Assembly: GCA_049322915.1 (NCBI GenBank)
Contig: JBMOPW010000013.1
Coordinates: 1 to 64,000, forward strand
Direction: 5' to 3'
Length of the DNA: 64,000 nucleotides
Origin: Candidatus Zhuqueibacterota bacterium
GTDB lineage: Bacteria > Zhuqueibacterota > Zhuqueibacteria > Thermofontimicrobiales > Thermofontimicrobiaceae
Shown here in pieces: positions 40,162 to 50,035 of the stretch (position 1 is the stretch's first letter; each line of letters starts with the position of its first letter). The position numbers and the translations under genes are program-made. Below the pieces are notes generated by a model. It was not told the DNA's origin. It worked only from the letters and a program-made list of their open reading frames with translations, and made no database searches.

Positions 40162-40899
40162 ATTAAACCGATACCGATCTATTTCGCATTCCTGCTGCTT
40201 ATGCTACTGACGACGACGACGGCCCATACCGGCATTTCGCTCGCCGGAACGAGCGGGCTGATCAACATTCCAACGGCTGAAGTGATTCGCGACCAGCAGG
40301 TGATGGTGGGATTCGGCATTGTGAACCGCCATGGCGCGTATCTGCAAACGCACCGCTGCGACAACTTCCCATTCTACATCGTCATCGGTTATCTGCCGCG
40401 ACTGGAATTCAGCGCCGGGGTCACGTTCGTCCCCGGCCAGCAAAGCTACGACGGCAGCAATACCTACAAAGATGGCGTGGTGAGCGTGCAGTACGTGCTG
40501 GTCGAGGAAAGGCCCCTTTTCCCTGCCATTGCCCTGGGCGCGCGCGATATTTACAGCTTCATCCTGCTGAATACCACGTACATCGTCGCCAGCAAAAATA
40601 TTGTGCGACAGTCCAATACCCGCGTTCGATTTCATGCCGGCTACGGATCTGATGTCATCGACCGGCACCTGGGCGTGCCCAAAAGCGATCGCGGCTACCC
40701 AGTGGGACACACCATTCTCGGCGTGTTCGGCGGAATGGAAATCAACTGGAAAGACTGCATCGTCTACATGCTGGAATATGACACGCGCTTCGTGAGCACA
40801 GGGGTTCGTTTCCGACTCAACCCATTTTTGCACTTCGATTTTCACCTGCTGAATATGGAGCATGCCAGCGGCAGTTTGAATCTGTCATTCAGATTATGA
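40162..40899 (+). CDS. YjbH-domain outer-membrane beta-barrel protein (start ATT 40162 or ATG 40201)
   Basis: GTSGLINIPTA, LPRLE, PAIALGARD, FGGME and EYD motifs; C-terminal SFRL. Confidence 0.7.
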   Translation: MKPIPIYFAFLLLMLLTTTTAHTGISLAGTSGLINIPTAEVIRDQQVMVGFGIVNRHGAYLQTHRCDNFPFYIVIGYLPRLEFSAGVTFVPGQQSYDGSNTYKDGVVSVQYVLVEERPLFPAIALGARDIYSFILLNTTYIVASKNIVRQSNTRVRFHAGYGSDVIDRHLGVPKSDRGYPVGHTILGVFGGMEINWKDCIVYMLEYDTRFVSTGVRFRLNPFLHFDFHLLNMEHASGSLNLSFRL

Positions 40900-40964
40900 A
40901 ATGCAGCGCCCTGCTTCTCTGGCCTCCGTGAATCATCCCAAAAAAACGAGTGACATTTCATTAA

Positions 40965-41098
40965 CCTGATAGCGCTGGATATCTATCCAGCGCGGGCAAT
41001 GGCCAGGACGTATGTCCCCGAATAGGCGCACCGTTCGGGATGAATATTCCTGACGATTAGTTGGTAGTCTTTTGTACTACAAATGACTGAAACGTTAC
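40965..41098 (+). repeat. palindromic intergenic repeat family B, fullest copy
   Basis: contains CGCTGGAT-ATCT-ATCCAGCG and CGTTCGGGATGAATATTCCTGACG hairpins; matches 5506-5596 and 27049-27160. Confidence 0.8.
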
Positions 41099-41107
41099 AA
41101 AAATCGA

Positions 41108-41135
41108 TTGACATTTCATTATTTTTTGGTATATT
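41108..41135 (+). promoter_or_regulatory. sigma70 promoter with extended -10
   Basis: TTGACA-N16-TATATT preceded by TGn. Confidence 0.6.
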
Positions 41136-41173
41136 TAGTACAACTAAATTTCACGATGGGTGAGAAAAGAATC

Positions 41174-42583
41174 ATGCGACACACTATCCTGTCAAAAAAG
41201 ATTTTCATTTTCTGGTTGCTTCTCACGATACAGCCGCTGCCGGCTCAGGACCAGTTCACGCTGTTCACGGTATTCGATCAACTTCACTGGGCTCCCGGCC
41301 GCACTCAGGTCGCGTTTCGCTGCCTGCTGCTGGATGAATCGCAGCCGAGCCGGATTCAGGCCAATGTATTGCTGAAGGATATTGCCGGCGATAAGCTCAT
41401 GTGCCTCAATCCCGCGGCCGAATCGTTTGCCATTTCCTCCGATAAAAAATGGCTGCTCTTCTCCGGTGTCTACGGGCTGTATCTGATGGAGTTAAACAGG
41501 CCCGGCTCGGCGGCGCACATCTATTTCCGAAATCCGGCCTCGCCGTGGATTTTTCAGGACTTCGGCTTTTTTGATGCTGAAGCGAAAATCTTCATCAACC
41601 GCTACCATCCTTCGGAAGAAAAAACGATTGCCGAAGTCTTCGAGCTTCAGCCCGTTCAATTTGAGGCGAACCGCATGACGGCGTGTTCGCTGGAGACGGT
41701 AAAAAAGAAGCGCTCCTGGCGCCCATCCAATCTGGTCGTGAATCGCATCGGAGAGCGCCGGCCGGACGCCTGGCGCTTCAAAGGCCGAACGCTCCGTTTT
41801 CAACCGTCGCCGGATTCGCCCGATGAATTTCACCTCATCGATCAGGCCGATGAAAATTCATCCCGGACCAGCAGGCTGCTGGATGCATGTCGGCCCCAAC
41901 TGGTGAGTCAGAGCCCAAATCGCGAACATGCCGTATTCTCCGTGCTCCGCGAGAATCATCACGTGAGCTATATTTATTCCGCCAATCAGGGCAGGTTGAC
42001 GCAACTGCTGTCTGAACGGCTGACTTCAATGGCCTGGGTGAATTCAACCTCTTACCTCTGCATCAACGAACACGGCCTGTTCCTGAGAGATATTCAACTG
42101 AATGTCAATCGGCGACTGGATGAATTTGAATTGCCGGCCTGGTGCCAAGGCATCGAATTGGAATTGCCGAGATACGAACTCCAGGTTGGATTTGAAAACG
42201 ATCGCGCCAAAGCCGATCACATGGCGTCCCGGCTCCGCGAACTTGGGTTTGATGGCCGGTTGATTTTTCACAAAAACCGGTTTCAAACCGGCTACGACAT
42301 CCGCGTGGGTGGCTTTGTGACGAAAAAGGCGGCCCGGGCGGAACGCGACAGGCTGGAGCAGCACGGCTTCACATGCCGCGTCGATTCAATTTCCGATAGC
42401 TACGATTATTTCAATCGGCCCTGGCCGGAAGAAACCAAAACGTCCGGCGATTACGTGGCTACGATCCAATACGCCCACGACGGATATCTGCGCTCGAGAA
42501 TTATGCTGCGAACAGGGAGCCGGTCCCGGCGCATTTTAGTCGATGAAATGAACACCATTCCCAATCGCGCGGAATGGAAATAA
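41174..42583 (+). CDS. secreted protein with beta-propeller-like region and SPOR domain
   Basis: signal peptide; YELQVGF..A..RL..LGF..YDIRVGGF..KKAA SPOR-like segment. Confidence 0.65.
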   Translation: MRHTILSKKIFIFWLLLTIQPLPAQDQFTLFTVFDQLHWAPGRTQVAFRCLLLDESQPSRIQANVLLKDIAGDKLMCLNPAAESFAISSDKKWLLFSGVYGLYLMELNRPGSAAHIYFRNPASPWIFQDFGFFDAEAKIFINRYHPSEEKTIAEVFELQPVQFEANRMTACSLETVKKKRSWRPSNLVVNRIGERRPDAWRFKGRTLRFQPSPDSPDEFHLIDQADENSSRTSRLLDACRPQLVSQSPNREHAVFSVLRENHHVSYIYSANQGRLTQLLSERLTSMAWVNSTSYLCINEHGLFLRDIQLNVNRRLDEFELPAWCQGIELELPRYELQVGFENDRAKADHMASRLRELGFDGRLIFHKNRFQTGYDIRVGGFVTKKAARAERDRLEQHGFTCRVDSISDSYDYFNRPWPEETKTSGDYVATIQYAHDGYLRSRIMLRTGSRSRRILVDEMNTIPNRAEWK

Positions 42584-42621
42584 TGCAGGCAGAGACAGAA
42601 ACGGAAATTACAGGAGTTGGC

Positions 42622-43698
42622 ATGCAACCGACTGTGTATTTTATCGCTACGAAAAACGATGATAGCACCAACATGGTGCAGCAGAAATTCATGCAGTTGT
42701 ACAGGGAGTCGCGGGCGCACACCTGTTCCGAGTCAGGCGATCTGGCAGCGCTCAAAATTCATTTCGGCGAAGAGAAGAACACCACCCATATTCAGCCGGA
42801 ATTATTGAAGCCATTCATCGCTGAATTGAAGCGCAACGGGGTCAAGCCATTTTTCACCGACACCTGCGTGCTTTATCGCAGCCAGCGCTCCGACGCGGTC
42901 AGTCATTTGCTGCTGGCTGAAAAACATGGGTTTTCCATGCAGCATACCGGCGCTCCGGTCGTCATCGCGGACGGGCTTCGGGGACGGAACGAAATCGATG
43001 TGGCCATTCCCGGCCAACTGTTCACCAAAGTCTCCATCGCCACCGAAGCCGTCATCAGCAACGCCATGTTCGTTTTCACGCATGTCACCGGGCACATGGC
43101 TTCCGGACTTGGCGGCGCGCTGAAAAATCTGGGCATGGGGCTCGCCAGCCGCAAAGGTAAATTGCGCCAGCACTCCTCCGTAAGCCCGTCCATCGACGTG
43201 GCCAAATGCAATGGCTGCGGACAATGCCTGCTGTGGTGTCCGGAGAACGCCATCACCATGAACGGGAGCGTTGCGGTCATCAATCGAAAAATCTGCATTG
43301 GCTGCGGCGAATGCCTCACCGTCTGCCATTTCGGAGCGGTGAAATATAACTGGCAGACATCCAGCCAGGATCTTCAGCGGAAAATGACCGAGCATGCCCT
43401 CGGCGCGATTTACAACAAGAGAGATAAAACCTACTTCTTCAATTTTCTGACGAACATTACCAAAGATTGTGATTGCATGACCAGAGCCCAGCGCCCGATG
43501 ATGGACGACATCGGGATATTAGCCGGCAGCGACCCGGTGGCCATTGACAAAGCCAGCCTGGATTTGATCGAGCGCCACGCCGGCAAATCACTGGTCAGCA
43601 TGACCTACGATTCCCTCGATCCGCTCATTCAAATGCAGCACGGCGAGCGCATCGGGCTGGGCAGCATGACCTATCGGCTCGTTGAATTGAACCAATGA
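42622..43698 (+). CDS. DUF362 Fe-S protein with a 2x[4Fe-4S] ferredoxin domain
   Basis: KIHFGE, GGALKNLGMG, two CxxCxxCxxxC motifs, CDC, DPVAID. Confidence 0.9.
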   Translation: MQPTVYFIATKNDDSTNMVQQKFMQLYRESRAHTCSESGDLAALKIHFGEEKNTTHIQPELLKPFIAELKRNGVKPFFTDTCVLYRSQRSDAVSHLLLAEKHGFSMQHTGAPVVIADGLRGRNEIDVAIPGQLFTKVSIATEAVISNAMFVFTHVTGHMASGLGGALKNLGMGLASRKGKLRQHSSVSPSIDVAKCNGCGQCLLWCPENAITMNGSVAVINRKICIGCGECLTVCHFGAVKYNWQTSSQDLQRKMTEHALGAIYNKRDKTYFFNFLTNITKDCDCMTRAQRPMMDDIGILAGSDPVAIDKASLDLIERHAGKSLVSMTYDSLDPLIQMQHGERIGLGSMTYRLVELNQ

Positions 43699-43711
43699 AA
43701 GCGATGGGAGA

Positions 43712-44269
43712 ATGGACTTTTTTGAAATTCTGAAACAGCGACGAAGCGTGCGGAAATACATCGATCAGCCGGTGGAGCCGGAGATTTTGGAACAGGTGAT
43801 GACCGCCGCTCAGAGCGCTCCGTCGTGGAAAAATGGCCAGTGCTGGAAATTCGTCGTGGTCACTGATCCTGAAATTAAAAAGCAGGTCATCGGTTTCACT
43901 GGCGTGTTCAACCAATCCTGGCTGAGGACCGAATACACCATCATCCTCGCGTGCGGCAATCCGGACGAAAGCGGCTATCGAAATGGGCAGCATTACTATC
44001 TGGTCGACGTTGCCATTGCCCTGCAAAACCTGGCGTTGGCGGCGACTGCCCTGGGTCTCGGCACCTGTTGGATAGGCGCTTTCGAGGAGGACAAGTTGAA
44101 ATCCCTGCTGAGAATCCCGGACGCGTATCGCATTGTCGCCATCACGCCGCTGGGCTATCCGGCAAAGAGCGAAGGGCTTGTGGGCAACATCGCTAAAACC
44201 GTTGTCCGCCGGGACACCCGGAAACCATTGTCCGACATTTTTAGTTACAACGGATGGGAGTCGCAATGA
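43712..44269 (+). CDS. nitroreductase family protein
   Basis: RRSVRKY, APSWKN and ALGLGTCWIG. Confidence 0.92.
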   Translation: MDFFEILKQRRSVRKYIDQPVEPEILEQVMTAAQSAPSWKNGQCWKFVVVTDPEIKKQVIGFTGVFNQSWLRTEYTIILACGNPDESGYRNGQHYYLVDVAIALQNLALAATALGLGTCWIGAFEEDKLKSLLRIPDAYRIVAITPLGYPAKSEGLVGNIAKTVVRRDTRKPLSDIFSYNGWESQ

Positions 44270-45012
44270 CAGATCGAAACGAAATCGTCATGTTTTTGAA
44301 TGACCTGCTTCAGGTCAATGAATTTGAGGATTACTGCGTGAACGGCATGCAGGTCGAGGGAAAACGCGACGTCCGCAGCGTCGTGTTCGGTGTCAGCGCC
44401 AGCAAACGGCTCTTTGAAGCGGCCATTCAGCAGGGCGCGGATATGATTATCGTCCATCATGGCCTGTTCTGGAAAAGCGATCCCTCGCCGATGCAATTGA
44501 CCGGCACGCTGCGGGAACGGGTGGCGCTGCTCATTAAAAATGACATCAGCCTGCTCGGCTATCATCTTCCGCTGGACGCGCATCCGGAGTTGGGCAATAA
44601 CGCTCAGATTTTGAAGCGCCTCAATCTCGAACGCATCGCTCCGGTGAATGTGGGATTTCTGGGACAGCTTCCCCGGCCGGCGCCAATGGAGCAATTCGCC
44701 CGCATCGTCGAAGAGTCGCTGGAAACGAGCGCTCAGATTTTTCCGTACGGGCCGAACCTGGTTCAGCGCGTGCTGGTGATTAGCGGGGGCAGCTCGCAGC
44801 AATACAAAACAGCGGCGGTCATTGGCGCGGATACATTCATCGGTGGGGATATTCGGGAGAACATTGTGCGGGAATTGGAGGAGGTCGGATTGAATTTCAT
44901 TCATGCCGGCCATTACAACACGGAGAAATTCGGAGTGCAGGCCCTGGTTCAGGTCATCGCCAGCCAGTTCAACATCCCGTGCCGGTTCATCGACATTCCT
45001 AATCCGGTGTAG
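44266..45012 (+). CDS. Nif3-like dinuclear metal-centre protein (YbgI family)
   Basis: NGMQVEG, VHHG, YHLPLDAH and GHYNTE. Confidence 0.93.
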   Translation: MTDRNEIVMFLNDLLQVNEFEDYCVNGMQVEGKRDVRSVVFGVSASKRLFEAAIQQGADMIIVHHGLFWKSDPSPMQLTGTLRERVALLIKNDISLLGYHLPLDAHPELGNNAQILKRLNLERIAPVNVGFLGQLPRPAPMEQFARIVEESLETSAQIFPYGPNLVQRVLVISGGSSQQYKTAAVIGADTFIGGDIRENIVRELEEVGLNFIHAGHYNTEKFGVQALVQVIASQFNIPCRFIDIPNPV

Positions 45013-45186
45013 CGTTCACTATTTTACAGGAAAGAAATGTCGCGCAAAAATTTCTCTTGACTTTGAAGAATTATTTTTATATTTATGGGTCGGCTCTAAT
45101 AAGCCTTAAAAGGCTTTGATACGTTGGTAATGATATCTTTTCCACGTCATAAATGACGAGGCAATTCAATTGAAAAAATCAAAAGT

Positions 45187-45284
45187 TTGATAAATTGAAT
45201 AGCCCCGACTTTTAAGTCGGGGAATAGAAATTCACCTCTGATTTTGGGTCTTCAGCCCCTTTTTCGAGTGGACTCATTTATCAA
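45187..45284. repeat. small MITE/REP-like element
   Basis: 9-bp terminal IR TTGATAAAT / ATTTATCAA enclosing the palindrome CCCCGACTT-TT-AAGTCGGGG and GGGTCTTCAGCCC. Confidence 0.5.
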
Positions 45285-45421
45285 TGAATAATAAGACCAA
45301 TCTCAACGGCCATCCCGCGAAATCGTGAGGTGAGGGGTTTTTCCACTGCGACGAGCGGTGAAGTCGTTGAATTCATAGTCGCACCGTACCGGTGCGTAAT
45401 TTAAATTCGGGTGAAAATCCC

Positions 45422-47443
45422 ATGAATGACATTCGTCTTTTATTGGCTGACAAAAATTTATCGTATCTCGAAATAGCCAGAAAAATGCTTCGGTTTCACA
45501 ATGAAGCTTATCAGGTGGATGTAGCCACTACCGGTGACGAATGTTTTCAGAAGCTATTTGAAAATGAATACGATCTGCTTCTGCTGGACTATGACATCGA
45601 TGAGAAAAAGGGCTTGGAGATATTGCCCCGAATCATCAAATCCGGTCTCGATGTGCCGGTGGTGATGGTCATCGAAGAAGGCCAGGAAGACATTGCATTC
45701 AAGGCCATTGAGCTCGGCGCCTACGATTACATCATGAAAGTGCGCGGCTACCTCACGGCGCTGCCCTTCACCGTCGGCAAAGTGCTCGAAAAACGAAAAT
45801 TTAAAACGACCAAACCTCCCCAGGAAATTCAGGAGCAGGCGCCGCAAGTAACTCCGGAAGAAGAGCCGCCGCTCACATTTTCCCCGGCAGATGAGACGCT
45901 CTCCAACGAAGCTTTTTATATTCTCGACCGCAAGGGCCGATTCCTCTCGGCCAATCAGAAATTGCAGGAGCAGTTGAATTTCAGTGAAGAAGAACTGCTG
46001 GAACTCACGCTCAGCGATTTGTTGCCGGCGGACCAGGACCGAAGTTTTTACCAGTGGTTAGCGCGGGTGGACATGGGCGCGTCCGATGAATCCTTTGTCA
46101 CACAGATTCTCGGCAAGCATGGCGCGAGGATGCCAGTGGAATTATCCATTTCGCCCATGCGCAATAGAAACAGCGAAGTGATTAGCTACAAGGGTCGCAT
46201 CAAATTCTCCCCGAAGAAAGAGGAGAAAATCGCCCCATCCAATGGCTATTTTGACCAGAGCCGCATGATTCACGAACTGGTCAAATTGATCCATCAGAGC
46301 TATGACGATTCGTTCAATCATCTGCTGGAGCGCATCAGCCAGCTTGTCTGCCAGATTTTTCAATTCAAACGCAGCACCCTGGCCCTGCTGGATCGGCGCA
46401 AGAAAATATTTGTCAAACAGATTTTGATCGGCTACAGCAATGGCGTCCCGGCGGAGAAAAAGCGAATCATGGAAGTGCCCCAGGACGTCATCGAAAAAGT
46501 GTTCTCCAGCCAATATAAAGTGCGGGTCATCTATCACGACCAAAATTTCAACGGCAGCGCGCCCTCGCGGATGAATGAGCGACGTTCGCAGCCGCGACGC
46601 GAGGACAAAAACTGGCACCCCCAGGATTTGATCATTTTCAATCTCACGGATAGCAATGATCAGACCTTTGGCTATATTTCCGTGGACAACCCCATCGAAG
46701 CGGTGGCGCCCTCCCGGGATATCTTCAAAAACATGGAGATTTTCACCAGCATGGTCTCGCTGGCCATCGAAAATTTCTATCGATTCGCCTCCGTGGAAAA
46801 ACGCAATCGCCGGCTCAAACAGCTCCTCGTCACGAGTAATATTTTCAAGCTGCACCTGAGCATCGCAGAAATGATGAAGGAAATTGTGTGGGCGGTGAAA
46901 TTTTCGATGAACTACAACCTGGTGCTTTTAGGGCTCATCAGCAGAAAGACGCGGCGACTGGAGTTCAAATCCGTTGCCTGCGACGATCGCATCAAAACGA
47001 TTCAGTTGAAGGAAGAATCCATTCCCATCGAAGTGCTGCGCACGATTTTCAAAAAGGAATACCAGCGAGGCAAGTCCTATCTGGTGACGCGATCCGAACC
47101 GGCGCTTCGCAAGCTGAAAGATTTGTATTACGACACGAAAGTCGAAGCCAGCGGCGATCGCTACTGGCCGTGGTGGTCGATGCTCATCGTTCCCATCTAT
47201 GAACGACAGGGGAAAATTATCGGATTCATCATCGTGGACGATCCGGCCGATTGTCTGTTGCCCGGCAAGGAAGACATTCACACCCTGGAAATTTTGGCCA
47301 ACCAGGTCTCGGTGGCCATTGAAAACCGGCTGACTTATTTGCAGTTGCAGGACAGGGCATTCGACCGCAGGCCAACGTCCCAGCGCGACGACGATAAAAA
47401 CGAAGGCAGCATCAAGAAAATTGTCGATATGTTTTTCCGATGA
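45422..47443 (+). CDS. response regulator with PAS and two GAF domains, no evident output domain
   Basis: receiver DLLLLDYD..GAYDYIMK; PAS ILDRKGRF..N..FSEEEL; GAF ends SLAIEN and SVAIEN. Confidence 0.8.
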   Translation: MNDIRLLLADKNLSYLEIARKMLRFHNEAYQVDVATTGDECFQKLFENEYDLLLLDYDIDEKKGLEILPRIIKSGLDVPVVMVIEEGQEDIAFKAIELGAYDYIMKVRGYLTALPFTVGKVLEKRKFKTTKPPQEIQEQAPQVTPEEEPPLTFSPADETLSNEAFYILDRKGRFLSANQKLQEQLNFSEEELLELTLSDLLPADQDRSFYQWLARVDMGASDESFVTQILGKHGARMPVELSISPMRNRNSEVISYKGRIKFSPKKEEKIAPSNGYFDQSRMIHELVKLIHQSYDDSFNHLLERISQLVCQIFQFKRSTLALLDRRKKIFVKQILIGYSNGVPAEKKRIMEVPQDVIEKVFSSQYKVRVIYHDQNFNGSAPSRMNERRSQPRREDKNWHPQDLIIFNLTDSNDQTFGYISVDNPIEAVAPSRDIFKNMEIFTSMVSLAIENFYRFASVEKRNRRLKQLLVTSNIFKLHLSIAEMMKEIVWAVKFSMNYNLVLLGLISRKTRRLEFKSVACDDRIKTIQLKEESIPIEVLRTIFKKEYQRGKSYLVTRSEPALRKLKDLYYDTKVEASGDRYWPWWSMLIVPIYERQGKIIGFIIVDDPADCLLPGKEDIHTLEILANQVSVAIENRLTYLQLQDRAFDRRPTSQRDDDKNEGSIKKIVDMFFR

Positions 47444-47594
47444 CAGGAGCCAGCCATCGCGCCCGCCTGATTTCAGTCATTCGAATTTCCTCCCTCCATT
47501 TCCCATGAAACCTGTCTACGGCTTTTTCAGACATTGACTCCGGCGATCGCTCCGTTTTCAGCTATCCATTAAAAATAGCGGCCTGCATCAACCC

Positions 47595-48854
47595 TCAAAT
47601 TTCATCTTCACAGACCACATCTTCATCCCATCGTTGCACAAGATAATTTCTATTCTGCTCAAACGCTTCGGCCTGACGTTCAATCACCTCTTCTGCCTGC
47701 GCATCGTTCAAGTCCCGGACCTCATTCACCAGCGCTGCGACCCGGGCAAAATAGAGCGGGGTCATTGAATTCACCAGGCGCTGCTTCTCCCCTTTGCAGT
47801 GATGAAATGCCGCTGCAAAGTCGTAGACAATTCCCGACCACTGTTCCGGCCCCATTGAAAATTCGGTCTCATCCGCCCGCGATAGCTTTTCAATGATCTG
47901 CCAGTTTTCACGGGCCAGAATTTTTTGCCACGTCCGACGATGGCTGAAAAATCCTGCTTTGAAATCCCCCACCAGTTTCGCGAGATTAACGGTGAACGGC
48001 CTGGGCGTGATGCGCTCGGAAGGCCCGAGCATCGGAACAGGAGCACTTTGCTGAGCCAGTTTCCAGACCGGCGCGTGTACTTCCATTCGGGACAGGAGGG
48101 TTGAAACAACCTGGTTGAGCATGGGTCCCAGCGATTCCGCCGGATCTTTCACATCGTGTATTTTCGCGCCCAGATTGACCTGAGCAACCCTGGCCCCGTG
48201 CGCCAACGCCGTGGTCGTCAGCCAGATATCAATGCCGAACCGGGCGACATCGGTCTCCCAGACATTCTCAGTCATATAGCGCTGAATCATCGGCCGGGAA
48301 AAAGCAAAATCGCCGCCAATAGGCTGTCGCACGCGATGGCCGAACAGCGCCCTGATGATGGGATACACAATGGTATTGGTGATGGTGCCATCGTATTTGA
48401 AGCGCGAGTAGTAAGGTGCGACAAAATCGTAGGCGTCGCTGAGGATGGCATCCGCCATGTATTTCACCCACTCCGGCGAGATGGAGCGGAGATCGGCGTC
48501 GAACAAGGCGCACACATTCGCCTTCATCAGATCTGCCGCTTCAAGAATGGATCGGACGGCCGTGCCTTTGCCGGGGATTCCCCTGTAAATGGAAACAATG
48601 CGATGCACCCCGGGATTGGGCAGCGCTTCCATGGCGACCTCCCTCGTATCGTCCACAGAACCACCATCGGCCAGAAAAACCGCGCCGGTGAGGTGCGGAA
48701 AATGCCGCGTCAATCCGGATTCCACGGCGTTCAGGACGTGCGCGATGGTCGATTCATTGTTGAAACAGGGCACTCCCACCAAAATATCCACCGCGCCAAT
48801 GCGCTCAATCTGCTGCCGAATCGATGGGCGCAAGGCTGTGCTGTAGTGTTTCAT
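47595..48854 (-). CDS. GT-A glycosyltransferase, glucosylglycerate/mannosylglycerate synthase-like
   Basis: DGGSVDDT, GKGTA, FDADL, RFKYDGTIT, RQPIGGDF and FGIDIWLT. Confidence 0.8.
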   Translation of the reverse strand: MKHYSTALRPSIRQQIERIGAVDILVGVPCFNNESTIAHVLNAVESGLTRHFPHLTGAVFLADGGSVDDTREVAMEALPNPGVHRIVSIYRGIPGKGTAVRSILEAADLMKANVCALFDADLRSISPEWVKYMADAILSDAYDFVAPYYSRFKYDGTITNTIVYPIIRALFGHRVRQPIGGDFAFSRPMIQRYMTENVWETDVARFGIDIWLTTTALAHGARVAQVNLGAKIHDVKDPAESLGPMLNQVVSTLLSRMEVHAPVWKLAQQSAPVPMLGPSERITPRPFTVNLAKLVGDFKAGFFSHRRTWQKILARENWQIIEKLSRADETEFSMGPEQWSGIVYDFAAAFHHCKGEKQRLVNSMTPLYFARVAALVNEVRDLNDAQAEEVIERQAEAFEQNRNYLVQRWDEDVVCEDEI

Positions 48855-49137
48855 ACTCTCCCCAAAGTGATAGTGATGCGTCAAATAGGCTGGTGACTTT
48901 CGTTGAACGAACTCGGTAAATCGGGATCGGCTCTGATTCAGCTATTCGAAGCAATGCTTCCGCAATGTGACCGCAAAAAAAATTATCGGCGCTATCGAGT
49001 TGTTTGCAGAGGCGCTGCGATGCACGAAGACTTCACTGTCCTGATTCATCTGAAACGTCATTCGGACGATATCGGGCGACATTCTGATGAGCGGGTACGG
49101 CCCCTGCCATTGCGCGTTTCGGAAAAAGCCGAGCCCC

Positions 49138-50025
49138 TCATGCGCCGGCCGGTTTCTCCTGCCCGCCTGGCTGGCCGGTGTCCTCCTGTCCATAGACCTG
49201 CACCGGAAACGGTCGTGACATAGATCCGGCGTACAGCGACAGATGCCTGAATGCGATTTCGATGTTCTCTTTTTCAAAACGGTTTTTGATATCTTCGGCG
49301 ATGCTGTTTTTCAATTTCAGCCAGTTGGATTTCTCGGCCCAGACCCAGAGGATGAGTTCGTACGACGAGTCGCCGAACTCGTTGAAATATACAAATGGCT
49401 CCGGCTCTTTCAGACACAGCGCATTTTTATCGGCGACATCGAGGAGCGCCTGGCGCACGCGGCCGATGTTTTCGCGGTAGACAATGTTGAGATTGATATC
49501 CACGCGCCGGATGGGAAAATGCGTCATGTTGATGACATCCGTTTTGATGATGGTTTCGTTGGGAATGCGGATGTACTGGTTGTCGAACGTCCGCAATTTC
49601 ACCGAGAGAAAATCGATGGAGAGAACCACGCCGGTGTTGGTTCCCACGGTGATGATATCGTTCACTTCGAAAGGCTTTTCAGCCAGCAGAAAAAGACCGC
49701 TGATGATGTTGGAAACACTGGTTTGCGATGCAAAGCCGATGGCCAGCGTGGCGATGCCTGCTGCGCCCAACAGCGTTGTCAATTCGAATCCGACTTCGCG
49801 CAGGGCCGAGAACAGGATGAAGGCGATGCCGGTGTAGAGCACGAATTTGCCCAAAATCATGCTTTGCTGCGCTGAAAATTTTTTGACTGAATATTTCTTA
49901 ACTGTCCGGCTGAGAAAGAACACGATGGGGAGACCAATGATCAATACCAGCGCCAATCTCACGATGGATTCAATTTTCGCGGCTGTGAAAAACGTGGCGA
50001 AACTGAAGGTATTCAAAAAGTCCAT
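49138..50025 (-). CDS. mscS: small-conductance mechanosensitive channel
   Basis: LLGAAGIATLAIGFASQ..SNIISG, KPF, RIPNE and FGDSS. Confidence 0.92.
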   Translation of the reverse strand: MDFLNTFSFATFFTAAKIESIVRLALVLIIGLPIVFFLSRTVKKYSVKKFSAQQSMILGKFVLYTGIAFILFSALREVGFELTTLLGAAGIATLAIGFASQTSVSNIISGLFLLAEKPFEVNDIITVGTNTGVVLSIDFLSVKLRTFDNQYIRIPNETIIKTDVINMTHFPIRRVDINLNIVYRENIGRVRQALLDVADKNALCLKEPEPFVYFNEFGDSSYELILWVWAEKSNWLKLKNSIAEDIKNRFEKENIEIAFRHLSLYAGSMSRPFPVQVYGQEDTGQPGGQEKPAGA

Positions 50026-50035
50026 ACTGTCCTCC

